Virus record (IMG/VR): IMGVR_UViG_3300022752_000084
Coordinates: 1 to 56,730 of that record
From: a virus
Taxonomy: Duplodnaviria > Caudoviricetes
Direction: 5' to 3' (one strand)
Length of the DNA: 56,730 nucleotides
In this document: positions 36,650 through 46,218 of the stretch, in pieces
Layout of the letters: each line of letters begins with the position of its first letter
Position numbering within the stretch: the first letter of the stretch is position 1
The notes under the pieces: model-generated
Told to the model about the DNA's origin: nothing
Seen by the model: the letters and a program-made list of their open reading frames with translations, nothing else
Databases searched by the model: none
Made by a program: the position numbers and the translations under genes

Positions 36650-37891
36650 TTACTTTTTCGCCTTAATAAACCAACCACTCCCGGCACCTTCTACTTTCCA
36701 TCGAGGGCCAAGATTTTTCTTCGAGTACACTAATTGCTTACCATTTGAACTCAAATAATTTCCATTAACCAGATCTAAATCCCCATTCGGGTCGTTGACA
36801 ATATATGCGTCATTTTTTTCATTTCTACCCACAATAATAATCCAATGACCTCCACCAACGGGAGCTCCCACTGGGCCATGATGCAAAATTCCAATCGGAA
36901 CAGGAATGCCTGCAACTAACTGCGAATCAATATCGGACCAATCGCCATTTTGCCTAAACGTTGCTTCAACCCCATAATGAGCTAAAGCTTCAATTTGAGC
37001 CCCGGCATCCGTCGTATCCCCATATTTAAATACGGTAACTATGTACTCATCATCTGATTTAATACTATTAGGTTTCAAATACTTCAACAACATCCCACAC
37101 GAGCTTGAAAAACAAGTTCGAAGTGGGTCGCGCATATTATCCCTCTGCGAGTAATAAGGAACATTCAAAATTAACTTGGAACTGTGTTGCACCTGTGTAG
37201 GAATGCTTTTTGGAGCTGCATCATTAATTATTTTCCAATGTGACGGGTAGAACCACCAAGTTTGGTCTGGTTGAGCCTCTAAAACAATTTTATAATCCGA
37301 TTCGCCAGGAACAATAGTTATGGAATTCCATTCATGTGCCACGCCCTTGGGCACAAAAAGCTTTTCTTCTGGTGTTAAGTCATTTGCTTGCGCCGGTTTG
37401 CGTTTTAACCAAGTATCCTGCTGAGCTAAAATACTGTGCGCCAAAACAGCATTTTTAACACTTGTTAAAAACAAAGCTTGCTCATCTTTACGACGATTAA
37501 GAAGACCTTGAACAACCACGCCGTCGGCTTTACTCCACCTCGGAAATTCAGCCGCAACTATGGTTTTATCCGTCTTATCATTAAGCAACTTCAATAATGT
37601 AGATTCTTTAAACGCGCCCAACCCGACATTGTAGCTAAAGCTAACAAGGGCATCGAACTGATTTTGGTTGACGGGAACTTTTAGCGCCTCGGTAACCCCA
37701 TTTTCAAAAAAACTTACATCTTTACGCAGCATTTCCTCAGCCTCTGCCGCCGAAATTACCTTACCTGGCGTTACATCCGAGCCCGTATGTCCATAACCTA
37801 TGGTCCAAACCCCAGCAATATCCTGATATGCTGTAAGTTCGCACCCTTCAAATTTCTTAATCAGCGTTAATCCGGCTGAAGATATTTTCAT
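36650..37891 (-). CDS. endolysin: GH24 lysozyme plus C39-like peptidase
   Basis: [39 protein letters not shown]; VPYYSQRD...TCFSSSC...GHW...NDP. Confidence 0.92.
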   Translation of the reverse strand: MKISSAGLTLIKKFEGCELTAYQDIAGVWTIGYGHTGSDVTPGKVISAAEAEEMLRKDVSFFENGVTEALKVPVNQNQFDALVSFSYNVGLGAFKESTLLKLLNDKTDKTIVAAEFPRWSKADGVVVQGLLNRRKDEQALFLTSVKNAVLAHSILAQQDTWLKRKPAQANDLTPEEKLFVPKGVAHEWNSITIVPGESDYKIVLEAQPDQTWWFYPSHWKIINDAAPKSIPTQVQHSSKLILNVPYYSQRDNMRDPLRTCFSSSCGMLLKYLKPNSIKSDDEYIVTVFKYGDTTDAGAQIEALAHYGVEATFRQNGDWSDIDSQLVAGIPVPIGILHHGPVGAPVGGGHWIIIVGRNEKNDAYIVNDPNGDLDLVNGNYLSSNGKQLVYSKKNLGPRWKVEGAGSGWFIKAKK

Positions 37892-37894
37892 GGC

Positions 37895-38329
37895 TCAATA
37901 CACGTCAACTCCAACCCGATATTCACAACCACTGCGGCCTTTTAGTGCTACATACATATAATGAGCACCAGATGCGTTAATTGTAGTTTTAGTTACCGCG
38001 TTATTGCGTGAGCTTAATTTAGAAGGTTTAGCTTCCATAACCAAACTGCCGGCACTATTTAAGATCGCAACATTACCAACACTGTTTATATTCCGAATGT
38101 TTACTTGTAAGATCCCAGTCGCATTCAATGTCAGTGGATAATAATCGGATATTGAATAAAATCCGTCTGCAACATATTCCCTAGATGTTTGAGTATTCAC
38201 AACCACGCCGCTGTTACTTACCACTCGGCGCTGGTCGAAATGTGTCGAAGTGTCACGCTGGCGTCCGCCTGTAGATACACCACTAGCAAGGACTACATCC
38301 AGTTCTAAATTTTTAGTAAACTGCGACAT
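37895..38329 (-). CDS. putative virion structural protein
   Basis: Start reassigned to MSQFTK; TAGAAT -10 at 38355-38360; beta-rich. Confidence 0.6.
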   Translation of the reverse strand: MSQFTKNLELDVVLASGVSTGGRQRDTSTHFDQRRVVSNSGVVVNTQTSREYVADGFYSISDYYPLTLNATGILQVNIRNINSVGNVAILNSAGSLVMEAKPSKLSSRNNAVTKTTINASGAHYMYVALKGRSGCEYRVGVDVY

Positions 38330-38430
38330 TTGGCAGACAGGTCTAACTTTCCATATTCTACTCGGTATTCGTAAGCATGGCTCTTTTAATTTTTTAGTTA
38401 GACTGACGTAGAGATCTACCCGGCAAAACA

Positions 38431-38685
38431 ATGTTTGTCACTATATTAACAGGTGTTGGCGGTGCTATTGCCCTGTTTACCTGGCTTCATGAGCAGCGTC
38501 AACAGGTTTTGAATGCGCGTTTTGAAAATATAAAAAAGCGGCTTTCTTATATCGAAAGAAAACTTGAAGAATTACCCATAAATTTTGTTTTAAAATCCGA
38601 TTTAAATGACGAACTAAATGATATTAGAACTTGGCTCCGTTCGATAAACGACAAGCTAGACCAGCTTATTCTTAACAAAAGATAA
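38431..38685 (+). CDS. membrane-anchored coiled-coil protein (holin-like)
   Basis: N-terminal TM helix plus heptads; near the endolysin. Confidence 0.55.
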   Translation: MFVTILTGVGGAIALFTWLHEQRQQVLNARFENIKKRLSYIERKLEELPINFVLKSDLNDELNDIRTWLRSINDKLDQLILNKR

Positions 38686-38690
38686 AATAC

Positions 38691-39359
38691 TTAGGATATT
38701 TGATTAATTGTAACAATTAATGAAGGGATGTCAGGTCTTGTTGGATTTGTTAAACCGCTGTAAGCGGCAATCTTGACATTTACATCTGCAGAAGACCAAG
38801 CTAACTGGATATTATCTCCTTCACCCGCATTAACAAAGTAATTCCACGCGGCAACGCTTTTTGCGTTATTTCCTTGTAAAGTTATCCGTGTATTTGTATA
38901 CGGAACATTTTGATTATTTTTAACAACCCAAATATCTATTTCGTCTGTTCCCCCATCTGTTTTAATTAGTTGAGCAGAAAACTGAACATCATAAACTCCA
39001 GATAAAGGTACAACCATCCGTGAACCAGAAACCAGAGTAACTCCGTCAGTAGAAGACACGGAATTAAGTGTCATTATATTTACACCAGTTGCTGTTACAT
39101 TATTTTGAAATGTTGTATCAAAAAAAGCGCCATATTGGTGCGAGGTTTGTACAGCCTGCGCAAAAACTGGTAGGGTGCTCATGGAGTTCACCACACCGCT
39201 CAACGTTATTTGCTTAGGTTGGGCGTCAGCTTGAATTTCATTCGTATCTAGAACTAAAAAAACATCGTTTTCCCCAATATTTGCAGTAGAAACTAGGTCA
39301 GTTAGACGCGAAACGGAACGACTAAAATCACGAGCATCGTCTAAATTCCTGCGTACCAT
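38691..39359 (-). CDS. putative tail/virion protein with C1q-like beta domain
   Basis: YGAFFDTT.Q...GVYDVQFSAQL...AAWNYFV...PSLIVTINQI. Confidence 0.7.
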   Translation of the reverse strand: MVRRNLDDARDFSRSVSRLTDLVSTANIGENDVFLVLDTNEIQADAQPKQITLSGVVNSMSTLPVFAQAVQTSHQYGAFFDTTFQNNVTATGVNIMTLNSVSSTDGVTLVSGSRMVVPLSGVYDVQFSAQLIKTDGGTDEIDIWVVKNNQNVPYTNTRITLQGNNAKSVAAWNYFVNAGEGDNIQLAWSSADVNVKIAAYSGLTNPTRPDIPSLIVTINQIS

Positions 39360-39378
39360 GAATTTTAAAAATTTAATC

Positions 39379-39789
39379 TTATTCTACTTCAGTTTCGCCT
39401 TCTGGCGAAGCAGACAATTTTAACGGTTTTTTACACAATTCTTCGTAATTTCGTGCAGCAATACTTTGTTCATGATTATAACTAAGCCAATTCCATATAT
39501 TGCTTTCTCGTTCCTCGGTCCAAAAAAATTGTTGGCGGAACCATGTAAACCATTCTTCGTCGCTTTTTTGTAAGTTGCAGGTTGGGCAACACGCTAATAA
39601 ATTTCCTCGTTTTGTTGGGCCGCCACGCGCTCGGGGAACTATGTGATCCAGGGTGTAGGCGCGATCAGATCCGCAATACGCGCAAGCGTCTCCCCAAGCT
39701 TCAAGTATATCTTTACGAAATCTTTTACGTGCATTCCTACGTTGTAAACAAGAAAGATTAAAAACTAAATCATCTTCGGAGGCGGTCAA
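39379..39789 (-). CDS. HNH endonuclease (McrA-like)
   Basis: CAYCG...TLDHIVPRARGG...NLLACC..CN..KS. Confidence 0.9.
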   Translation of the reverse strand: MTASEDDLVFNLSCLQRRNARKRFRKDILEAWGDACAYCGSDRAYTLDHIVPRARGGPTKRGNLLACCPTCNLQKSDEEWFTWFRQQFFWTEERESNIWNWLSYNHEQSIAARNYEELCKKPLKLSASPEGETEVE

Positions 39790-39846
39790 ACCAACATTCC
39801 GACTAACCTATTCTACTTATAAAAAAGTACCAGTTGACTCTTTAAT

Positions 39847-40044
39847 TCAATAAAATTTCTTTTTGATCTCTTCAATTTTGTCATCTTCGGTTCTGAAATT
39901 TTTAAGAATACGCACTCCTTTTATAAAGAGCTGCGCTACGCTATTCTGACGTAACTTGCTAAGTCCGATCACTTCTGAACTAATAAATAATAGAAAGAAG
40001 AATAGAGCTTCCCACGAGATTTTAAACCCAAGAATCGTTAACAT
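39847..40044 (-). CDS. small membrane protein (possible holin)
   Basis: Hydrophobic N-terminus, SEVIG...NSVAQL, basic tail. Confidence 0.6.
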   Translation of the reverse strand: MLTILGFKISWEALFFFLLFISSEVIGLSKLRQNSVAQLFIKGVRILKNFRTEDDKIEEIKKKFY

Positions 40045-40137
40045 AGTTGTGAGATAACTACGTCTAGTCTAGCTTAATTTTTTAATAGAGGATTACTTCC
40101 TTTCCTTGAGCCCTTTCATCGGGCCATGCCTTGGGTC

Positions 40138-40653
40138 GCTAAAGATCATTATCGCACGCATTGAAGCCGCTCTAGTACGTGTTGCTGAACACAAATCGCT
40201 GGTTTGCTTCGCATTTCTCTCATGGCCCCAGTAAAGGTGACTACTCGTGATTGGGAAGTTGTTCAAGGGCGCGGCAGATAGTGTCAAGTTCGCTGATATT
40301 CTACTTTTCTTTCCCGAAGTTAAAGGGAGTTATAACTCCCGTATTGACCTTCGTTGCGGGAGTTATAAGTACTGCAAAGAAGAAATGATAACAAAAATAG
40401 AGGCATTTATCAATGCTTACCGGAATTAGTGCAATATTGGGAAGGTGACTACTCGGATTCCCGATAGTTGGCGTTTATCGAGAAAACAAGTTCGTCGGCA
40501 ATGTCGAGCACATCTTGACGGATGGCATCAGCACCAACTATCCGGTAATTCCAGATAGTTGCTAAAGCTCATTATCGCACGCATTAAAGCCGTTCTTGTA
40601 CGCATTGCTGAACACAAACCAATACCTGCCAGACCCAGTAACGAAGGTGACTA
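40138..40653 (-). repeat. mosaic repeat region with gene-end remnants
   Basis: AAGGTGACTA at 40234, 40442 and 40644; 58-nt duplication 40138-40195 / 40561-40618 (52/58); palindromes at 40330-40368 and 40536-40561. Confidence 0.8.
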
Positions 40654-40655
40654 TT

Positions 40656-40690
40656 AAGCTTAACCACGCGGATCAGCAGTCGATGGCGTC
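40656..40690 (-). repeat. conserved downstream arm of fibre cassette C
   Basis: 35 nt identical to 17178-17212; includes the chaperone stop codon. Confidence 0.9.
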
Positions 40691-40939
40691 TTTAAACTCG
40701 GGAAGAGTCTTCAGGTGCTCGTAGGCCTGTTTGATGGGATTTGGCCCATCAAGATCCACGGGGAACTCGAATGACTTGATAGATAACGGCACGGCGGTGT
40801 TGGCAGCCTCGCTATTCAGATAAATGCTGGCTGAAAATGTGCCGCTTGTTTTCTTTTCTATTAGGACGGATTCAATCCTGCAATAACAACCGTCTGCCTG
40901 GAAGCCAAAAGGCGTTGTGGTGCTGATCAAAAGGGCCAT
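40673..40939 (-). CDS. tail fibre assembly chaperone-like protein
   Basis: Directly downstream of fibre C; NPIKQAYEHLKTLPEFKDAIDC C-terminus. Confidence 0.75.
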   Translation of the reverse strand: MALLISTTTPFGFQADGCYCRIESVLIEKKTSGTFSASIYLNSEAANTAVPLSIKSFEFPVDLDGPNPIKQAYEHLKTLPEFKDAIDC

Positions 40940-40988
40940 GGTTTTGCTGCGTAAATAATTTTCAGAGTAGCACCGCTGAGTGCTGGGA

Positions 40989-42992
40989 CTAGGTTGTGCT
41001 CAGAAGGTAGCCATCAAGACGACACCCTGCTGGACTTGTGCTTGGCGTCCCCACCACAAGCACATAAAGCTCTACTGTTTCGTTGACGGCCAGCTTCAGC
41101 ACTGCGCTTACTGAGCTGCCATACCCGGTCATCAATGGAGTCTTGGAGCGCAGTACGCCGTTTTGATAAAGGGCTACCGTGTTAATTGCGGATGCATCCA
41201 GCTCAACCGAACCGTTGAACTGGTAATAGCCTGGCACAATGGCAGTAAATGTGCTGCTTGCGAATTCACCAAATGAATCCCATGTCTCCGTTCCATCCAG
41301 GATGACTTTTGTCCATGTGATATTTGCCAATGTTTGAACCGTGCTGCCAATCGCTCTGAAGGTTGACGTGTTGTTGAGCGGCCTAGCAAGGAGATACCTA
41401 GTCGGCTTGGTTGTTTCAATGAAGCCGATGTTCTTCAGTGACTGCCCTGATTGGTTATTGACGATGTAACCGGAAGCTCCGCAGTCTGCGTATCCGCCAA
41501 CCACTGAATTGCTTGCGCCGGTGATGTAGTAGGCGGTGTCATAAGCGCCTACCTGGTTAAATGAAAAACAGGCAAAGAAAGCGGCAGACTTGATGGAGTA
41601 GTAATGGTTCTCAATACTGTTATTGGCCACCACCGCCGCTGGAGCATTGCTGGTCAGCTCAACGCCAATTGTGTTTGCACCAGGGGTTCCAGAGTGCACC
41701 AGTGTGTTAGCAGAAATTAGAAAGCTGCCTGTCTGGTTGTTCGGTGCAATTTTGATGTAACTTTGTCCAGTGCCAATGGCGTCCGTGGTGCTTGAAATCA
41801 GCGTGCAACCCAAAACTTTACTTTTGCCAGCGGCTCCTTCCAGGCTAATTCCAGTACTTTTAAATCCTTCTGAATGGCAATTCTGAAAGATTGCATAACC
41901 AGCACTGCTTGAAACTCCACTTCCTTGGACTTGGTAAGCAATTACACCACCATCAGATTTGCAATTAAAGAAATGAGCAAACGGCCCCCTAACATGATAT
42001 GCTGCATAAAGAGGAGCTGATGGATATTGCCCGTTTGGCATATTGACATAACATTGATTAAAGTCCCAAGCATACGAATCAAGATAATCGCTTGGATTAT
42101 CCATGTAAAAGCCGTATTCACGGCAACGCATGACAACTACTCGTTCAAATCTAGACCCACGTGCGTATTGAAAATAAACACCTCGCGTAGCTATATTTTG
42201 TCCATCAAGAAATAAATCATAAAGTCCGTTTTGAAACTCGCCAGCAGGATTTTGTGTTTGGCTAATCATATAAATAGATTGATCTGTAGTTATTGTTGCT
42301 CCGTACCTTGTGGCATTTGGTGCATTTTCAGAAGTCAATCCCCTTAAACCCACGTTGGGTTTTAAAATAATTGGGGAAGTTATATAATAAGTGCCTGCAG
42401 GAAAACAAACATCAGAATAACCGTATCCAGTTGCGGCAGCGTTGATTGCATTATTAATAGCGTTTGTACAATCTACTGCTCCATTAGGATTAGCTCCAAA
42501 ATCTAAAACACTAATAAAATCCTTCAGCTTACTATCAACCGTCCTGGCAACACCGCTTGCGCCAGCTTGCAAAAAATTAAGTTTAGTTGCATTAATAGCT
42601 CCACTTATATTTACATCCGCATCGATTATCGTACCACTAGCAATCATTGTGCTAGTTACAGTTTCAACATCACCTACAGTTACGACATTAAATCCGTTTC
42701 TAGATAAAGTTCCAGATACAACTACACCTGATGCTGCGAACAACTGCCCGGTCATGTAGCCACCGGAGATTGGCACCTTATTTGATGCAGATACTAATCC
42801 CGCGTTACCCGACGCTAGTGCAGTACCTGCTAGAACTAATCCAGCGTTACCCGACGCTAATGCAGTATTTGCTAGAACTAACGCAGCATTACCTGAAGCC
42901 TGTGCTGTTGTATCAGTTCCAGGTACGGTATCTCCGGGAAATAACTGGCTAAAGAAACCACTAGCCAATACAATGGGACTTTGTATAGTCAT
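40989..42992 (-). CDS. tail fibre / receptor-binding protein C (beta-helix)
   Basis: Shared anchor with ASGNAxLVLA repeats; ISVLDFGA.P.G..DCT.AI; C1q-like C-terminus. Confidence 0.88.
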   Translation of the reverse strand: MTIQSPIVLASGFFSQLFPGDTVPGTDTTAQASGNAALVLANTALASGNAGLVLAGTALASGNAGLVSASNKVPISGGYMTGQLFAASGVVVSGTLSRNGFNVVTVGDVETVTSTMIASGTIIDADVNISGAINATKLNFLQAGASGVARTVDSKLKDFISVLDFGANPNGAVDCTNAINNAINAAATGYGYSDVCFPAGTYYITSPIILKPNVGLRGLTSENAPNATRYGATITTDQSIYMISQTQNPAGEFQNGLYDLFLDGQNIATRGVYFQYARGSRFERVVVMRCREYGFYMDNPSDYLDSYAWDFNQCYVNMPNGQYPSAPLYAAYHVRGPFAHFFNCKSDGGVIAYQVQGSGVSSSAGYAIFQNCHSEGFKSTGISLEGAAGKSKVLGCTLISSTTDAIGTGQSYIKIAPNNQTGSFLISANTLVHSGTPGANTIGVELTSNAPAAVVANNSIENHYYSIKSAAFFACFSFNQVGAYDTAYYITGASNSVVGGYADCGASGYIVNNQSGQSLKNIGFIETTKPTRYLLARPLNNTSTFRAIGSTVQTLANITWTKVILDGTETWDSFGEFASSTFTAIVPGYYQFNGSVELDASAINTVALYQNGVLRSKTPLMTGYGSSVSAVLKLAVNETVELYVLVVGTPSTSPAGCRLDGYLLSTT

Positions 42993-43501
42993 TACTGATA
43001 CAGAGCAACAGGTGCATCTATCTCTACTTCAAGCTCAGCGGCACTCAACGCTGTCCCAATCAAAACTAAAGCTTGATACTGATTAGTACCCGAATTTGTA
43101 ACCAATCCAGAGGCTGTAGAGTACCTGGTTATTTGACCAGGGAATTTAGATAAATAGTAGGGCTGCCCAGGAACAAGTGAAGTTTCTGCAGTAATATTTG
43201 CACTGCTGATGGTAGCAGCATCATCAAAGATAACATTAACACCCGAGTTAGTGACAGCTGCTTGCCCGGTTATACCAAACGCCCCATAATTGAAAGATGC
43301 GATTCCGCTTAAAGCACTGGCATTAAACACTTTTAAGCCACTTACATATACCGCTGCTCCTTGAACAAGAGTTTCGCCCGCAACAAATGCTGCAGAACTA
43401 GGTAAAGATGTTACAACTCCCGCGCCATTTACCAAATAAACTTCCTGCGTACCGGAGTTAAAACTCGTGTACCTACGATTAAAAATAGAACGATCAGTCA
43501 T
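42992..43501 (-). CDS. putative virion structural protein
   Basis: AGETL..G.AVY...L.PG..YYLS..PG.IT pattern; TAATG coupled to fibre C. Confidence 0.7.
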   Translation of the reverse strand: MTDRSIFNRRYTSFNSGTQEVYLVNGAGVVTSLPSSAAFVAGETLVQGAAVYVSGLKVFNASALSGIASFNYGAFGITGQAAVTNSGVNVIFDDAATISSANITAETSLVPGQPYYLSKFPGQITRYSTASGLVTNSGTNQYQALVLIGTALSAAELEVEIDAPVALYQ

Positions 43502-43542
43502 GCGCAGAAATCACGATTCTCCTCACTTAATAATAGCTCAAT

Positions 43543-43926
43543 TTACTTATTAATGAAAACAGGTTGCTGTATCTCAATATGCACCCCAGAAGTAGATATG
43601 GCTGGTCCAAGTTCTGTCAAATACGCACCAGATAACGTAGTGCCTGATAAAGCAGTATAAAACGCTGCATAATCCGCGTAAAGTTGACCTGATGTTAAAG
43701 ATAAGTAGGTTCGAGTTCCAGGAGTTAAACCAGAAAACTGGGTGTATATAGAATCTTTATTTACTAAAACCAAATCCAGGGGAGCTGCCGAATTTAAAGC
43801 CACACCGACACAAATGGATGAATCAAGCGCAACAGCGGATGCTTTTGTTAAAAAACCTACAGAATCGACTCGAACCAAATCTCCTGCTGTAATCGAGGAT
43901 TTTGCTCGGAAGGATACAAGGGACAC
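43543..43926 (-). CDS. putative virion structural protein, paralog of 42992-43501
   Basis: GLTPGTRTYLS..SGQL and G.A.S...[VL].[IV]EI..PV shared with the neighbour. Confidence 0.7.
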   Translation of the reverse strand: MSLVSFRAKSSITAGDLVRVDSVGFLTKASAVALDSSICVGVALNSAAPLDLVLVNKDSIYTQFSGLTPGTRTYLSLTSGQLYADYAAFYTALSGTTLSGAYLTELGPAISTSGVHIEIQQPVFINK

Positions 43927-43953
43927 GTAAAAAATTGCGGATTTACTTACAGT

Positions 43954-44076
43954 TTACTTCCCTTGACCACGAAGAAGTTTTTTTCCAGGTTTAGCTTTTG
44001 AATGCTTTCCTTGGCCTTGGGCCGTCCTTTTTGGTTTTGAAACAATTGTCTTTGTTGAATCTTGATTTTTGGCCAT
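43954..44076 (-). CDS. small basic protein, 40 aa, ending RGQGK (not in ORF track)
   Basis: MAKNQDSTK...KRTAQGQGKHSK...LRGQGK*. Confidence 0.7.
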   Translation of the reverse strand: MAKNQDSTKTIVSKPKRTAQGQGKHSKAKPGKKLLRGQGK

Positions 44077-44104
44077 TTACAAAAGAACTAGAGAACCCTA
44101 CGTA

Positions 44105-44923
44105 CTATATCGCAGTGGTCCAGGTCGTGCCATCCCAAATACGAAGATCAGGATTAACCGTGTCATACCACAAGCTGCCTAAGCTATCTGGTGCAGGGGC
44201 AGCAGCACCATAAGCGGCGGTAGCATTACGCTGCGCTTCATACCAACCACTGGATGTCGCATCATAAACAAACAAAGACCCGAGCAAAGTATTAAACCAA
44301 AGAGAACCATCTCGAACCGGGGCATTGAGTCCAGTTCCACTTGGCGGATACTGACTGATATTTGCTAAAGCTTCAGCGTTGGTTTGATACCAGTCTGGAG
44401 TAGACACACTGCCGCCACTGGCGTAAACCAACAAACGACCTTGGTTTGTGTCGAACCAAAGGTCTCCTGTGTTATATCCACTAGGAGGGGATCCCGAAAT
44501 GGTGACGGAAGCTCCTCCTCCAGTTTCACTGCCGCTAATGACTACAGAGTTTCCACTATAAGAAACACTAACAGTACCCTTTCCAATAACATGCCCAGAT
44601 ACAGAGTTCTGAAACACATTAGGGTAATTTACGTTAACTACAGAAGTACCTCCACTGGGCGTAACATAAATACCTGAGCCCCCGACTACGCCGGAAAGAA
44701 TTACAACAGCACTAGAAAACAATCCGCTAAGCGTAAAATTTAAATCCTCAATACACTGCACAATCCCTTCAAAATTTGAAGCGTACCCCGATGGGTCAAT
44801 CGTGAAAGAGGAAGTTCCCACACCGGATACCGTATAGAGACATTCTACCAACGCAGAGACAATACCCTCGAAATTCGCGGTATGAAAAGCGTGACGACTA
44901 GGGTAATGCGGACACGCTGGCAT
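44105..44923 (-). CDS. tail fibre-like structural protein
   Basis: Three G[DS]LW[FY][DN]T...L.[VI][YW] repeats. Confidence 0.75.
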   Translation of the reverse strand: MPACPHYPSRHAFHTANFEGIVSALVECLYTVSGVGTSSFTIDPSGYASNFEGIVQCIEDLNFTLSGLFSSAVVILSGVVGGSGIYVTPSGGTSVVNVNYPNVFQNSVSGHVIGKGTVSVSYSGNSVVISGSETGGGASVTISGSPPSGYNTGDLWFDTNQGRLLVYASGGSVSTPDWYQTNAEALANISQYPPSGTGLNAPVRDGSLWFNTLLGSLFVYDATSSGWYEAQRNATAAYGAAAPAPDSLGSLWYDTVNPDLRIWDGTTWTTAI

Positions 44924-44976
44924 ATTGTGTGTTCCTAAAAAGTCTCCTCCTTACAGTTTAGCTAAATTTCAGTATT

Positions 44977-45147
44977 TTAGAGCCTACCAATATTTGAACG
45001 TTTTGTCCTTTTTGGATGTTGGTAGCTATCTTCCGCCAATTTCCATGCAGGGACATTTAAAACCGCAGCTCGTTTTCGACACTCGCTCCAAAAAGCAGCG
45101 TCAGGATCATCCAGTTCCTTAAGAGTTGCAGGGAGCTCTACAGCCAT
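44977..45147 (-). CDS. small hypothetical protein, 56 aa (not in ORF track)
   Basis: MAVELPATLKELDDPDAAFWSECRKRA...; GAGG upstream. Confidence 0.55.
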   Translation of the reverse strand: MAVELPATLKELDDPDAAFWSECRKRAAVLNVPAWKLAEDSYQHPKRTKRSNIGRL

Positions 45148-45525
45148 TGGTGCCTCTAGAGATATGAGGATACCTGTATGTTATCACAAACTTTAAGATT
45201 ATGCCAAGAGTTGACTCATGACGCCCACGTTGTTTACTAACGTCGTTTTATTCATGATTTCCAACAACTACTGCGTTGTGAATCAATATTTACCGCAATT
45301 TGCACCTTGTCTGCAAATTTTAACTTTATTAAAAAAACGTATTAGTATTACTATAAGGCAACTATTAAAGGCGCTAAATAAAACCCGAACTGGGTCTCAA
45401 TAATATAGCTAAGTGAGTTCGAGTGCAGTTTCTGGGCAAAACTCTAAAAAGGAATAGAAATTCTATTTAAAGACAAGCTGGTCGTGCTATTCTCGTATGA
45501 CAATCAAATCACATCACACCACTTT

Positions 45526-46218
45526 ATGACACAACAGGCTCTAGTCTCAGTCTTTGGCTTACTAGACCCGCAGGTTTTAGGCCCTAAAACTGATGCGCCA
45601 ATCTTATCTCAATACACCTTAGACTCATTTTACGTCACAGAACACACAGATCGTATTGTCTGCACTTGTAAATGCCTTAGATCGGAGCCCGTTGAAATAA
45701 ACAAAGTTGATCTAGACAAAATCTATAGAATCAACGGCACGTACGCTTGTAATATTTGTTTACGCGAGTGGCGCACTGCTCGGACAACTGCTGAAAAACT
45801 AATAGTCTGGCTGCGGCAAAACAAGTTTGAAATACAAAAAGATAAACACCTGTATCTGTCCAACCAAATATTTAGATTATACGATCCCGATAAAAAACAA
45901 ATGGATCGGCCACGGCGGTTTGTATATAAAACGTACTATGGCGCTGAGCTAACTTCAGAGGACAACATACTAACTAAATGCGGAGATCCGCTTTGCGTAA
46001 ATCCCCTTCATTTGATGGCGGCAGCCAGTCCCGCCACTAAGATAACACCAGAAATCATCCAGGATGTGTCTAATTGGACTCAGAAGAAAACACCGAACAA
46101 AACGATGCAGGAACTTATAGAGCTCAAGTACAAAAAATCAATTTCTTTACGCTCTCTCATAAACATAAAAAACTCGTTGCGTGTATCAACCACAACCGAC
46201 AGCTTTTGTACGTGCTAG
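45526..46218 (+). CDS. zinc finger plus degenerate His-Me finger (HNH) plus HTH-like tail
   Basis: CTCKC...CNIC; RRFVY...ILTKCGDPLCVNPLHL, with Thr at the usual catalytic His. Confidence 0.65.
   Translation: MTQQALVSVFGLLDPQVLGPKTDAPILSQYTLDSFYVTEHTDRIVCTCKCLRSEPVEINKVDLDKIYRINGTYACNICLREWRTARTTAEKLIVWLRQNKFEIQKDKHLYLSNQIFRLYDPDKKQMDRPRRFVYKTYYGAELTSEDNILTKCGDPLCVNPLHLMAAASPATKITPEIIQDVSNWTQKKTPNKTMQELIELKYKKSISLRSLINIKNSLRVSTTTDSFCTC

Noticed and set aside
40093-40429. ORFs 40093-40287 (-) and 40247-40429 (+) as real genes
   Set aside because: They cross repeat and palindrome junctions, lack convincing starts, and are better explained as mosaic remnants.
40234-40653. CRISPR array
   Set aside because: The repeats are only 10-13 nt with ~195-nt intervals, and no cas genes are present; the 28304 nuclease lacks the Cas4 Fe-S cysteine pattern.
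19071-42759. Similar + strand ORFs at 19071, 35935 and 42442
   Set aside because: These are antisense shadows of the repeated fibre anchor sequence.
17447-42992. Diversity-generating retroelement or invertible shufflon explaining the fibre repeats
   Set aside because: The repeats are N-terminal, differences are mostly synonymous and not adenine-specific, all copies are in direct orientation, and no reverse transcriptase or invertase is visible in the window.
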